Shown here: positions 48,269-58,210 of the stretch, in pieces
Layout: every line of letters begins with the position of its first letter
How positions within the stretch are numbered: position 1 is the stretch's first letter
Origin: a candidate division FCPU426 bacterium
Lineage (GTDB): Bacteria > Oederibacteriota > Muellerivitia > Muellerivitales > Muellerivitaceae
Direction: 5' to 3'
Assembly: GCA_963847625.1 (NCBI GenBank)
Contig: CAWKAR010000031.1
Coordinates: forward strand, 1-58,855
DNA: 58,855 nucleotides
The notes under the pieces: model-generated
Told to the model about the DNA's origin: nothing
The model's input: only the letters and a program-made list of their open reading frames with translations
The model's database searches: none
Translations under genes and position numbers: made by a program

Positions 48269-50002
48269 ATGCCCTCATTGGACCCAAAGCGATTGCTCCA
48301 TGAATTTCCCCGCCAATACATCCCCGCCTCAGCGGTGCTGGGAAATTGGCCCTCCGTGGAGCCTTTTTTCCAGGAGCTGGAAAACCGCGACCTTTCCTTC
48401 AAGACCGATTTGGAAAAATGGCTGAAAGACCTGGGGGAATTCCAGGACGTCCTGGATGAGGAAGGCACCCTTCGAAATATCCGCATGACTTGTGATACGG
48501 AGGACCCGGAAATCGAGAAAAAGTTCATTGAATTCCTGGAACAAGTCTTGGAACCCTCCAAACCGAGGTTTTTCGCGCTCCTCAAGAAATACTGGAACTG
48601 CCCCCACCGCCAGGCCCTGCCCCGGGAGGAATTCTTCCTCTTCAACCGGTCCGTGGAAAACCAATTGGCCCTCTACCGGGAGGAAAACATCCCGCTGGAA
48701 ACCGAGCTGGAAAAGCTATCCCAGCAATACCAGAAGCTCAGCGGTTCCCTGACGGTTTCCTACGAGGGCCAGGAGCAAACCCTCCAGCAAATGGGCCGGT
48801 ACCAGGAATCCACCGACCGGAAACAGCGCGAGGAAACCTGGCGCCTGGTCGCGCAAAGGCGCCTGAAGGAAAAGGACGGTTTCGAAACCCTCTTCGACCA
48901 AATGCTGGGTCTGCGGGTGAAAGTGGCCGGCAACGCCGGATTCGGGAATTTCCGGGATTACATGTTCCGCCGGAAAGAGCGATTCGATTACGGCGTCCAG
49001 GAATGCGAGGCCTTCCACGAAAGCGCCGAAAAGATCATCAAGCCCCTGGCCTCGGAAATCCAGCGCAAACGGGCCAAGAAAATGGGCCTTTCTTCTTTGC
49101 GGCCCTGGGACTTGTCCGTGGACCCGGACGGTCTCCCGCCCTTGAAGCCGTTTGAAACAACCCAAAAACTCGAGGAAGGTTGCGAAAAGATTTTGGGGAA
49201 AGTCGATCCCGAGTTCCAAAAAACGTTCAAGACGATGCGGGAATGGGGGCTCCTGGATTTGGAATCCCGAAAGGGCAAAGCTCCCGGGGGTTACAACACG
49301 ACCCTCTCCGAAACCCGACTTCCTTTCATTTTCACCAATGTCGTTGGGCTGGACCAGGACGTGCGCACCCTATTGCATGAAAGCGGGCACGCCATGCACG
49401 GTTTTGCTTCCCGGACCATTTCTTTTTCGCCCTACCGGACCGCGCCCATCGAATTCTGCGAGGTGGCCTCCATGGGCATGGAACTCCTGGCCGGCCCGTT
49501 CCTGTCGGAATTTTATCCCGACCCGAAGGAAATGTTCCGGTCCAACCTTCGCCACTTGGAAAGCGTGATCATCCTGCTTCCCTGGATTGCCACGGTGGAC
49601 GCGTTCCAGCATTGGATTTACACCCACCCCGGCCACAGCCGGGAAGAAAGGTCTAGAACATGGACCGGTTTATTGGACCGTTTCGGTGGGATTGAGGATT
49701 GGACAAGCCTCGAGGAAATCCGCGCAAATACCTGGCACCGGCAACTTCATATCTTCGAGATACCTTTTTATTACATCGAGTACGGCATCGCCCAACTGGG
49801 CGCCCTGCAGGTCTGGATGAATTTCAGGAAGAACCCCCAGGAAGCCGTCCGCTTGTACAAGCAGGGGCTCTCGGTGGGCGGGACTCGAACCTTGCCGGAG
49901 ATCTTCAAGTCCGCGGGAATCCGCTTCGATTTCAGCCCCGGGATGATTAAGCCGCTCATGGAAGAAGTGGGGAAGGAACTATCGAGGCTGGAAAAACTTT
50001 GA
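48269..50002 (+). CDS. pepF: M3 family oligoendopeptidase F
   Basis: GKAPGGY, HESGH zinc motif, EFCEVASM, FYYIEYGIAQLGALQ. Confidence 0.9.
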   Translation: MPSLDPKRLLHEFPRQYIPASAVLGNWPSVEPFFQELENRDLSFKTDLEKWLKDLGEFQDVLDEEGTLRNIRMTCDTEDPEIEKKFIEFLEQVLEPSKPRFFALLKKYWNCPHRQALPREEFFLFNRSVENQLALYREENIPLETELEKLSQQYQKLSGSLTVSYEGQEQTLQQMGRYQESTDRKQREETWRLVAQRRLKEKDGFETLFDQMLGLRVKVAGNAGFGNFRDYMFRRKERFDYGVQECEAFHESAEKIIKPLASEIQRKRAKKMGLSSLRPWDLSVDPDGLPPLKPFETTQKLEEGCEKILGKVDPEFQKTFKTMREWGLLDLESRKGKAPGGYNTTLSETRLPFIFTNVVGLDQDVRTLLHESGHAMHGFASRTISFSPYRTAPIEFCEVASMGMELLAGPFLSEFYPDPKEMFRSNLRHLESVIILLPWIATVDAFQHWIYTHPGHSREERSRTWTGLLDRFGGIEDWTSLEEIRANTWHRQLHIFEIPFYYIEYGIAQLGALQVWMNFRKNPQEAVRLYKQGLSVGGTRTLPEIFKSAGIRFDFSPGMIKPLMEEVGKELSRLEKL

Positions 50003-50020
50003 AATAGAAATACTTATAAG

Positions 50021-50052
50021 TGTCATTGCGATCCGCGAACTCTGCAATGACA
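50021..50052. repeat. REP-like hairpin between convergent genes
   Basis: TGTCATTGC-N14-GCAATGACA; related half-sites (GCGATGACA) occur in 1340-1440. Confidence 0.55.
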
Positions 50053-50080
50053 GCTAAGAATATTTCCCGGATTTAGAAAT

Positions 50081-50863
50081 TCAATTAAAATTCCATTGCA
50101 AGTTCACCTGTCCCAAGCCGGCCGTGACCGAAAAATCCTTGGGCTTGTAAACCACGCAGTTGCCGATCAGGATCCCGAGGGTGGCCCCCGCGGTCACGTC
50201 GGACAAGTAATGGTAATAACCCTCCACGCGGGCCAGCCCCGTCACCACCGCGAAAAGATAGGCCGGAACCCCCGCTTCCCACCCGAAATATTTCGCCACC
50301 ACCGGCGCGAAGCAAAAAGCCGTAATGGAGTGGCCCGAGGGGAAGGAATATTGGCCTCCGTCGGGGCGGGTCCGGTTGACGGAATATTTGATGCCTGTTA
50401 CCAGCACGGTCGACAACAAAAGCGATTCGGCCGCGTCCCGTCCGAATTCTTCCATCCTTTTATCGTTCGTCACCGCGCCCAGGGACCAAGCGCCGAGTGA
50501 GCCTCCCCCCTCCACCCACCCTTCCCCGTAGAAATCGCCGAAGTCGAAAAGGGGCTGGGTGTTCCAGCCTTTTAAATCCGAAGCCAGGCGGTTTTCCCCG
50601 TCCAAGGTCGCCCAATCTACGGCCGTGGCAAGCCCTCCCACCGTAAAAGGAATTAAATTATAGGAATCCAGAAGATGGGGGATATCGTCCAGGATTTTGG
50701 AGGGAAAATGCGCAAGGGAGGTGTCCGGGTCGGGTGAGCGCCAAACCTCATCCGCGTGAGAAGGAAAACACCCGAAAAGGGGAAAAAGCAGGATTAAAAA
50801 CAGCCTTAAAGAAAAGAGGGAAAAGTGCGGTACCAGGGTTGGGAATTGATCCGACCCCTTCAA
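50081..50863 (-). CDS. PAP2-family phosphatase
   Basis: KYSVNRTRP, SFPSGHS, ARVEGYYHYLSD; likely TTG start overlapping the upstream TGA. Confidence 0.85.
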   Translation of the reverse strand: MKGSDQFPTLVPHFSLFSLRLFLILLFPLFGCFPSHADEVWRSPDPDTSLAHFPSKILDDIPHLLDSYNLIPFTVGGLATAVDWATLDGENRLASDLKGWNTQPLFDFGDFYGEGWVEGGGSLGAWSLGAVTNDKRMEEFGRDAAESLLLSTVLVTGIKYSVNRTRPDGGQYSFPSGHSITAFCFAPVVAKYFGWEAGVPAYLFAVVTGLARVEGYYHYLSDVTAGATLGILIGNCVVYKPKDFSVTAGLGQVNLQWNFN

Positions 50864-51546
50864 CAAACTTGGTCGTCTTTGGAATCGGGCAGGGGCTTGT
50901 ATTTCTGGTAAAGCCATATACCGGTCACAATCCCCAGGAGGATAAAAAGCGCGGACACCTTCCCCTCGCCGATTTGGGCCATCGCCGTGGCCGGGCATGC
51001 CCCCGCCAGGGCCCAGCCTATCCCGAAAAGGAAAGCCCCGGGCAGGCGTTTGGGGTTCCACTTGAGGGATTTCCATACCAGCACCTTGCCGGTGCGGCTG
51101 GGGGGAAGCAAATAGCAAACGATAGCGACGAGGGATATTGCCAGGACAAAGGCTCCGGTCTGGGGCCAAAAATGAAACAGAAGCCAAATCAATCCTATAT
51201 AGATTGCCGTAGTGAAAACATATTTAGCAGGGGACAGGGCGGGGACCTTCTTGGGAAGGAAGTGAAGGCCCAGGACGATCACCGCCACCGCCATGAGGAT
51301 GACGCCGTAAAGATGCAACGACCCCATGTGCCATCCATCCGGGTGGAACCAAGAACCGTTCGGGCCCTTTTCAACGCGCAGGTCCCGGAGAAGGAACATG
51401 TCGGTCACCGTGTCGTAATCGGTGGCCCGCGCCTTGGAAAGAAAATACCCAAAAAGGGCGCCCAGGCCCAGGTAAAGATACTTGTGATCCAGGAAGGTAT
51501 TCTTTTTTACCGCAGCTTTTTTTCGGGGGGTTTTTAGGTTTTCCAT
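50860..51546 (-). CDS. YeeE/YedE family sulfur-compound transporter subunit
   Basis: GALFGYFL, GAFLFGIGWALAGACP. Confidence 0.85.
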   Translation of the reverse strand: MENLKTPRKKAAVKKNTFLDHKYLYLGLGALFGYFLSKARATDYDTVTDMFLLRDLRVEKGPNGSWFHPDGWHMGSLHLYGVILMAVAVIVLGLHFLPKKVPALSPAKYVFTTAIYIGLIWLLFHFWPQTGAFVLAISLVAIVCYLLPPSRTGKVLVWKSLKWNPKRLPGAFLFGIGWALAGACPATAMAQIGEGKVSALFILLGIVTGIWLYQKYKPLPDSKDDQVC

Positions 51547-51547
51547 A

Positions 51548-52198
51548 TTAAAACACCTTTATCAGGGAGAATAAAAGATTGGCGAACAAAATTCCCGCCA
51601 CGAGGAACGCGGCGGTTGAAAGCAGGGTCATCTTATTGCCTTGGCCCAATCCCAGGAGGTTCGTCGAGGCGCAACCCCCGGCCCATCGGGCGCCGAAACC
51701 AAGCAACGCTCCGGCCAGGAACAGGATTGGGATTTTCAAGAGGGGCAAGCCATAGGTCAATCCATCCATGTAGCCGAACAGCCAGGTCCAGCCCCAGTGT
51801 CCAGCGTTGGCGATGAAAGCGCCGATCGGCAGGCCCAGGATGAGCCAGAATTGCCAGCGGTTCTGGAGCTGCGTGGAGGAAATCCACTTGGCCAACAGGA
51901 GCAGGGACGAGACAATCAGGAGGAAAAACATGAGACCGAGCAATTCATTATTAACGTAAAGGGAAACAAGCCCGGTGAGGATTGCCACCGCAAAGACCAC
52001 CAGGAACGCCGTAAATCGGGTTGACGCCGGATTCGCGCCGAAAGCCAACCGGACATCCTCATATCCGCCGATGGCACCCAGCCGTCTGCCGCTAAGCCAG
52101 GCCAGGCCCAAAGCGGTGCAACCAATCCCCAACCCCGCGGCCCACCAATACCAGGGGCCGATAAACAAAAACCGTATCATCGATTGGATCATCGCCAC
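51548..52198 (-). CDS. YeeE/YedE family sulfur-compound transporter subunit
   Basis: GRRLGAIGG, GALLGFGARWAGGCAS. Confidence 0.82.
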   Translation of the reverse strand: MAMIQSMIRFLFIGPWYWWAAGLGIGCTALGLAWLSGRRLGAIGGYEDVRLAFGANPASTRFTAFLVVFAVAILTGLVSLYVNNELLGLMFFLLIVSSLLLLAKWISSTQLQNRWQFWLILGLPIGAFIANAGHWGWTWLFGYMDGLTYGLPLLKIPILFLAGALLGFGARWAGGCASTNLLGLGQGNKMTLLSTAAFLVAGILFANLLFSLIKVF

Positions 52199-52345
52199 GA
52201 TCGCCCTCCGTCCCTTTTTTCTGGCCCATATACTAAAACAAAAAGCGCCTTAGATAAACAAAGATTGGACGTTGTTTTACCGGTGTTTAGAACTAAAAAA
52301 CTCCCGCCTTTCAGAGATATTCGATAGGCCGAATAAGACTCGAAA

Positions 52346-53266
52346 TCAGGCAAATGACCCGAATTTCCGGCCGGTGAGGCGCTCGTAGGCCTCTATATAT
52401 TTCTCCCGGGTTTTTTTGACGATTTCCTCCGGCAATTGGGGCCCCGGCGGGGTTTTGTTCCAATCCTTCAAGGTTTCCAGGTAATCCCTCACAAATTGTT
52501 TGTCAAAACTCTTTTGGGACACCCCTTCCTTATATTCCGCTTTGGCCCAGAACCTGGAGGAGTCGGGCGTCATGACTTCGTCGATCAGGATGAGTTCCCC
52601 GTTTCCCAGCAAACCGAACTCGAACTTGGTATCGGCGATGATGATCCCCCTGGCGTCGGCCAGGTCCCTTCCGCGCTCATAGAGGGAAATGCTGGTAGAT
52701 CGCACCTTCTCGGCCAGGGCGCCATCCTTCAGGATTTCCTTCATTTTCTCGAAGGAAATGTTGATGTCATGGCCCGCCTCCGCTTTCGTGGAGGGTGTGA
52801 AGATGGGCTTGGGGATGCGGGAGGATTCCACCAATCCCTTGGGAAGGTCGATGCCGCAGATCTTCCCGGTCTTCTGGTAATCCTTCAAGCCCGATCCGCT
52901 CAGGTAACCACGCACGATGCATTCCGCCGCAAGAGGCTTGGCCTTCTTCACGATCATGGAGCGGTTCACCAGCTGGTCCTTGGCCCTTTGGTAGGGCCCG
53001 GGAAGGGTGGAAATATCCGTGGATAAAATATGGTTGGGGATGATTTTCTCCACCTGCTTGAACCAGTAGAGGGAAATCTGGTTCAAGACCACCCCCTTGT
53101 CCGGGATGCCGTTGGGCATGACCACGTCGAACGCCGAAAGGCGGTCGGTGACGACGATGAGCAGTTTGTCGCCCAAGTCGTAGATGTCGCGGACCTTGCC
53201 GCGCTTCGGCGGAGGGACCCCGGGGATGTTGGTTTGAAGCACAACAGGGTTTTGGGCAGCGGCCAT
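52346..53266 (-). CDS. purC: SAICAR synthetase
   Basis: [56 protein letters not shown]. Confidence 0.96.
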   Translation of the reverse strand: MAAAQNPVVLQTNIPGVPPPKRGKVRDIYDLGDKLLIVVTDRLSAFDVVMPNGIPDKGVVLNQISLYWFKQVEKIIPNHILSTDISTLPGPYQRAKDQLVNRSMIVKKAKPLAAECIVRGYLSGSGLKDYQKTGKICGIDLPKGLVESSRIPKPIFTPSTKAEAGHDINISFEKMKEILKDGALAEKVRSTSISLYERGRDLADARGIIIADTKFEFGLLGNGELILIDEVMTPDSSRFWAKAEYKEGVSQKSFDKQFVRDYLETLKDWNKTPPGPQLPEEIVKKTREKYIEAYERLTGRKFGSFA

Positions 53267-53277
53267 TTACTTTTCTC

Positions 53278-54237
53278 CTATGCTATGTTTTTTTGGAGCC
53301 ACTTCACATACTGTGCCACCCCGTCCTCGATAGTGTGGAAGGGGTCCTTGTACCCGGCTTTCCTCATCTTGCCCATCTCGGCCTGGGTGAAGTACTGGTA
53401 ACCCGCGCGGAACTTCTCGGGCGTATCCACCCATTCGATTTTGTGTTCCTGGCCGAGGGCCTTGAACAGGGCCTTGGACAAATCCAGGAAAGAACGGGCC
53501 GTACCCGTGCCGCAGTTGTAAATGCCGGACGGCGGGTTTTTCTCCAGGCAAAAGAGGCAGAGCTTGACGATGTCGTCCACGAAGACGAAATCCCGTTTCT
53601 GCTCCCCATCCGCGATGCCTTCCTTGTGGGAGCGGAACAGCGTCATCTTCCCGGTTTTCTTAATCTCGTGGTACCCGTGGAAGATGGAGGAGGCCATGCG
53701 GTCCTTGTGGTTCTCGTCGAAGCCGTAAACGTTGAAGAACTTGAGGCCCCACCAATGGGGGGGGCATGCCTTCTGGGCCAGGGCCCAAAGGTCGAACTCG
53801 TGCTTGCTTTTGCCGTACGTGTTCAAGGGTTTGTAGCGCGGGATGTCCTGGTGGTCGTCCGAATAGCCTTCCTCGCCCTTGCCGTAGGTGGCGCCGCTGG
53901 AGGCGTAAAGGAGGGGGACTTTCTTTTCCGTGCACCATTTCCAGAGGGCCTTGGTGTAATCGGTATTCATCTTCCACATGTAGGCCTGGTCGTGGTTGCC
54001 CGTGTCGGTGCAAGCGCCCAGGTGGAGGACAGCCTCCACGCCTTTGAGGGAGGGAAGCTCCCCCAGGAACTTGGACCTGTCGATAAAGGGAATCGTGTCC
54101 AGGCCCCGGGCGCACGAACGCGAAGCGAGGTAGGGGTGATGGTCCACCAGCAACAGGTCCTCGCGCCCCTTATCCAGGAGGGCGCGGGCTAGCCTGCTTC
54201 CGATAAACCCGTAAGCCCCGGTTAAAACCAAACTCAT
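53278..54237 (-). CDS. hldD: ADP-L-glycero-D-manno-heptose 6-epimerase
   Basis: TGAYGFIGS, HLGACTDT, YASSGATYG, PLNTYGKSK, FFNVYG..E.HK..MAS, YQYFTQA. Confidence 0.92.
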   Translation of the reverse strand: MSLVLTGAYGFIGSRLARALLDKGREDLLLVDHHPYLASRSCARGLDTIPFIDRSKFLGELPSLKGVEAVLHLGACTDTGNHDQAYMWKMNTDYTKALWKWCTEKKVPLLYASSGATYGKGEEGYSDDHQDIPRYKPLNTYGKSKHEFDLWALAQKACPPHWWGLKFFNVYGFDENHKDRMASSIFHGYHEIKKTGKMTLFRSHKEGIADGEQKRDFVFVDDIVKLCLFCLEKNPPSGIYNCGTGTARSFLDLSKALFKALGQEHKIEWVDTPEKFRAGYQYFTQAEMGKMRKAGYKDPFHTIEDGVAQYVKWLQKNIA

Positions 54238-54261
54238 AGGGGAAAATCCTTTCCGGAAGGG

Positions 54262-54525
54262 TTACTTCGCGGCCTTCGTGTCGAACTCCAAATCCTTGCT
54301 TTGGATAGTCCCGACTCCGGTGGTATCCGACCCGGCCGAACTTTTCCCTTTGGACGATTTCTTGCCTTTATGGGATTTCTTGCCGCTCTTTTTCCCGGAT
54401 TTTTTTCCCTTGCAGGTTCCCTTGGACGCGCTTCTGCCCGAGGAACCTTTGGCCAAGACTGGAACCGGCGAGACTAGTAATCCGGCTAAAGCGAATACCA
54501 ACAAACCCAGTACCCATTTCCGCAT
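54262..54525 (-). CDS. Small secreted Lys/Ser/Gly-rich protein
   Basis: GGAGG SD, signal peptide ending VLA, KKSG repeats. Confidence 0.65.
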   Translation of the reverse strand: MRKWVLGLLVFALAGLLVSPVPVLAKGSSGRSASKGTCKGKKSGKKSGKKSHKGKKSSKGKSSAGSDTTGVGTIQSKDLEFDTKAAK

Positions 54526-54671
54526 AGAGCGCCTCCCTCAATGGTATTTCGAAAGAACGATTATTATACGTTACGGGGAAAAACGAAGAGCGAAAAAGAG
54601 TTTCGCTATAAGCCTGCAGCCGGGGGGGTTTAGCCGGGAGGGAAAGGGTTTAAATCGGCCAGGTAAAAAAC

Positions 54672-54708
54672 AAAAAGCCCTCCACCTTTAGTCAAGGTGG
54701 AAGGCTTT
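54672..54708 (-). terminator. Terminator downstream of the SnoaL-like gene
   Basis: AAAGCCCTCCACCTT-TAGTC-AAGGTGGAAGGCTTT with A runs on the left. Confidence 0.65.
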
Positions 54709-54727
54709 AAGGGTTGAATGAAGTCTT

Positions 54728-55585
54728 TTATTTCTTCTTATCCATCTCCAACTTCGACTTCGCGTTATCCGGAGGAAGGGTCATCTCCTCGGGAAGGGGG
54801 GGCGGAGAACCGGCCGGTAATGTCGCGGAATCTGCGGGGGCCGCGGGAGGCTGCTGAGCCGAGGCGGCGGGGGCCGCGCTGGCGGCGGAGGGGGACTTGG
54901 CGAAGGCGTAGGGCCTCATGGAAAGGAAATACCACTTGCCGCCCCGGTTCGCCAGGGCCGCGTAAATATGGATGGGATTGTCGGGCACATCGCTGCCATC
55001 CCCGTTTTTCATGCCGGAAATGTCCCCGGCGGCGTCCACCAGGGCGAATCCCCCCAGGACAAAACGGTACTTGAAGTCATTGAAGGTTTGGACGCTTCCC
55101 TTCAGGAGCTGAAGGTCGGTGATCAGCAATTGCTCGATCTCCTCGCGGTTCCCGGCCGGCTGGCCGAAGATGTTGAGGTAGGTCCCATCCAATACCCAAT
55201 GGGAAGCCACCCGCTTGGCATCGCCTGTGGCCCAAGCCTCGGAGAATTCCAGGAACAGTTTCTGGATGCCGGCTATATCCCCCTTGGCCACTGGACCAGA
55301 AGCCACGACTCTTTTTCTTGAGGCTTTTATCGGCTTTCTTTCCACCTTTTTTGGTACCACCGATTCGGTCGTTTCCTTTACTTCCGTTGCCGGTGCTTCA
55401 ATGGTTTCCTTGGGCTCCGGCGTGGATGCCGCCGGCACGCTGAGGTAGCCTTCCGAAGCGGAAGAACTTGCGGCTGGGGGGGTTGAAGAGTTTTCGTCGG
55501 TGGGAACCCCGCCTTGCTCCTCGGCCATCACCGGCCAGGCCAGGAACAGAAAAGCCCCGGTTGTTATCAGTAATTTCTTGATCAT
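54728..55585 (-). CDS. Secreted NTF2/SnoaL-like domain protein with Pro/Ala-rich flanks
   Basis: AAGGAG SD, signal peptide; FSEAWATGDAKRVASHW..G..GNREEI..GGKWYF. Confidence 0.7.
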   Translation of the reverse strand: MIKKLLITTGAFLFLAWPVMAEEQGGVPTDENSSTPPAASSSASEGYLSVPAASTPEPKETIEAPATEVKETTESVVPKKVERKPIKASRKRVVASGPVAKGDIAGIQKLFLEFSEAWATGDAKRVASHWVLDGTYLNIFGQPAGNREEIEQLLITDLQLLKGSVQTFNDFKYRFVLGGFALVDAAGDISGMKNGDGSDVPDNPIHIYAALANRGGKWYFLSMRPYAFAKSPSAASAAPAASAQQPPAAPADSATLPAGSPPPLPEEMTLPPDNAKSKLEMDKKK

Positions 55586-55755
55586 CGTTTTCTCCTTATT
55601 CGTTTAAAACCAGAATTCAGTATATTCAAACTGTTTAATTGGAGCCGGTATTATCTACTCGCGTCATGGAACCGTCAATATTCCAACACCTGCCTGACGC
55701 AAGACGCCCGGCTGTGCGTTATACTCAGGAAAATATCCACGTTACAAGGGACCCC

Positions 55756-57654
55756 ATGAAAAAATTCTTCTTCGCTGTTCTTATCTGGTTTAGCACCGGG
55801 TTGGCTTTACTCCCGGCGCAAACATCGAGCTTCTATACCGTTCAATGGAAGGAGGAAAAAGCCTGGCTCCAATCGCCTGAGGGAAAACAAATCCTGTCGC
55901 TGGGCGTCAACCACATCGGCGACCATTCCTACCGGGCCCCCAACCAAAACTATTACAACCCGGTGAAAAACCAGTACCAGGGCGACAAGCAAGCCTGGAT
56001 GAAAAACGTCTTCTCGCGCTTGAAAAAATGGCGTTTCAACACCATCGGCAGTTGGTCGGATGAGGACCTGCTCGCCAAAAAATTCCCCTATACCTACATG
56101 CTTTACATCGACCGGGGAAACCCCTGGGAAAGGGTCCTGGTGTCGGTATTCACCGAGGACTTCAAGAAACTGGTCCAGGAAAACACCCAGAAGGCCGCGC
56201 ACTTCAAGGACGACCCCTATTTGGTCGGCTATTTCCTCGACAACGATCTCCCCTGGTGGGGCGAGTACGGTTGGAAACAGGAAGGGCAGGAAACCCTTTT
56301 GGAGAAGTATGGCGTCGCGGGGATCGAGGACGCCAATAAAGCCGCCCTGAAAAAATTTTTCGAGAAGCGCTATAGCTCCGACATTGACCGTTTCGACAAG
56401 GTTTGGAATCTGGATTTGAAGACATTCGACGACCTGGAGGGACCCGTGACCTTCCAGGTGAAAACCAAGGTCCAAAAAACGGACGCGGAAGCCTGGGCCG
56501 GGGCCGTCGCCGAGCGCTTTTTCCAGGTGACCACCCAGGCCTTGCGGGAAGTAGACCCCAATCACCTGATCCTGGGCGCCCGGTTCGCCGGGGAAACCCC
56601 CTGGGACGTGGTGGAAGCCTGCGGCAAATACTGCGACGTGGTTTCGGTGAACCATTACGCCAAATCCGGGAACATCGACAAGACCCTGTTGGACAATTTC
56701 TACTACAAGACCCAAAAACCCATCCTCATCACGGAATATTCCTTCAGTTCCTTGGATAACCAAAGCGGCGATCCTGACAAGCACGGCGCGGACGTGACGG
56801 TTCCCACCCAAATAGAGAGGGCGGAGCATTTCACGCGCTATGCCACCCAGGCGCTGGGCCTTCCCTACCTGGTGGGGCTCCACTGGTACGAGTGGGCGGA
56901 CGAGCCGCCCGAGGGGAGGTTCGACGGGGAGGATCAAAACTACGGCCTCGTGGATATTCACGACAAGGATTACGCGCTTATCACCCAGGCCCACACGAAG
57001 ATCAACCAGGAAGCCGTCTCCCTCCATGAAAAAACCGAAGTTCCCCTCCCCCAGGAATTCGCGGCGCCCCTTGAGGCCCGGTACCAGAAAGCCGATGCCG
57101 GCGTGAAGGTGGCCGATACCCGGCATTTCTTGAAGATGGATTCCACCGCTAAAACCTATCCCTGGGGCGACACGGCTACCGGGGGAAAAATGAATGCCGT
57201 CGTCGAGGACGGGGTCTTGACCCTAAACTATGAAACCGGCTCGGGCTGGGGATGCGGGGCCTCTGTTCCTTCCAATATCGAACCTTTCGCGGCGCCGGGG
57301 GTGGTGGACCTGAGAGGCTATAACTATTTCCAATTCAGGGCTTTCGTGCCCAAGGGCCTCAAATTCATCGTGTTCATGTCGGAATCAGGCAACGGCGATC
57401 CCTCGGGTACGAGTTTTCCCGGAGTGAACGGCGCTGATGGCGAATCCTATTCTTTCCCTGATTTCACCGGCTCGGGAAAGTGGGAAACCTACCGGGTGGA
57501 CCTCGCGAATTTGGAGCGCCGCCCCTATTGGGGCAACCAGCACGGGAACAACATCCTGGACCTCCAGGCCCTGGCCGACGTGGAGTTTTCCCTGCCCGGC
57601 AACCAGGGCGCGGGGAAGATGCTGGTGAGCGATCTGGAGTTTAAAGTTAAATAA
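55756..57654 (+). CDS. Secreted clan GH-A glycoside hydrolase (GH50/agarase-like) with C-terminal CBM-like beta-sandwich
   Basis: SLGVN, FNTIGSWSD, DPYLVGYFLDN, DPNHLILGARF, DVVSVNHY, PILITEYSF, VGLHWYEWADEP, NYGLVD. Confidence 0.8.
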   Translation: MKKFFFAVLIWFSTGLALLPAQTSSFYTVQWKEEKAWLQSPEGKQILSLGVNHIGDHSYRAPNQNYYNPVKNQYQGDKQAWMKNVFSRLKKWRFNTIGSWSDEDLLAKKFPYTYMLYIDRGNPWERVLVSVFTEDFKKLVQENTQKAAHFKDDPYLVGYFLDNDLPWWGEYGWKQEGQETLLEKYGVAGIEDANKAALKKFFEKRYSSDIDRFDKVWNLDLKTFDDLEGPVTFQVKTKVQKTDAEAWAGAVAERFFQVTTQALREVDPNHLILGARFAGETPWDVVEACGKYCDVVSVNHYAKSGNIDKTLLDNFYYKTQKPILITEYSFSSLDNQSGDPDKHGADVTVPTQIERAEHFTRYATQALGLPYLVGLHWYEWADEPPEGRFDGEDQNYGLVDIHDKDYALITQAHTKINQEAVSLHEKTEVPLPQEFAAPLEARYQKADAGVKVADTRHFLKMDSTAKTYPWGDTATGGKMNAVVEDGVLTLNYETGSGWGCGASVPSNIEPFAAPGVVDLRGYNYFQFRAFVPKGLKFIVFMSESGNGDPSGTSFPGVNGADGESYSFPDFTGSGKWETYRVDLANLERRPYWGNQHGNNILDLQALADVEFSLPGNQGAGKMLVSDLEFKVK

Positions 57655-57760
57655 GGGTGCGCTTGCCCTGAGCATAGCGAAGGGAGTCCAACCCGAGGCC
57701 CTATTAAATACGAATTGAAAGTTTAGGAAAGGGAAAAAAGATTCCAACCGAAAGGTTTAT

Positions 57761-58210
57761 ATGAAAATAACAATAAAACTAATAGCTTGTTTAATAATAA
57801 TTTGTTTACTGGGCGCAAGCTCGAATAAACAAAATATTTATAAAGTTTCGGCTAGAAATTTTAATTTGTCTAAAACAGAAAGTATTGCCGGGTTCAAACT
57901 ATATTTTAACGATGGAGGTGTTAGAACTTTTTCTAATGCACCGGATGGTTGGAAAATTGTTCTTAATAACTGGGACGAAGATGATCAACTTCATTGGACA
58001 GGTAGCATGAAAGGCCAGAGTGGGCATGGTGCTGCCAATATAGGATTAGGTGAATTCTTGAAAATCTTTGTCATCATGGATGTTACGGAGCCTGATTTTA
58101 ATTTGAAATTGGATATTTACGTTGAGGATCATGAGAAATATTGCAAAAGAACAATTAAATTAATTAAGAAACAATTACTTATAACACCTTTCCAGGAGAG
58201 GCATTTATAA
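57761..58210 (+). CDS. AT-rich exported hypothetical protein
   Basis: AAAGG SD, N-terminal hydrophobic segment, 149-aa ORF in markedly low-GC DNA. Confidence 0.65.
   Translation: MKITIKLIACLIIICLLGASSNKQNIYKVSARNFNLSKTESIAGFKLYFNDGGVRTFSNAPDGWKIVLNNWDEDDQLHWTGSMKGQSGHGAANIGLGEFLKIFVIMDVTEPDFNLKLDIYVEDHEKYCKRTIKLIKKQLLITPFQERHL

Noticed and set aside
50864..51187. N-terminal 108 aa of the 368-aa PAP2 ORF
   Set aside because: Overlaps the YeeE/YedE gene in another frame; the likely start is the TTG at 50863.
9741..57126. Long antisense or alternate-frame ORFs (e.g. 9741-10787, 12892-14097, 24266-25495, 53293-54192, 55807-57126)
   Set aside because: Shadows of well-supported genes in GC-rich DNA; no recognisable motifs.
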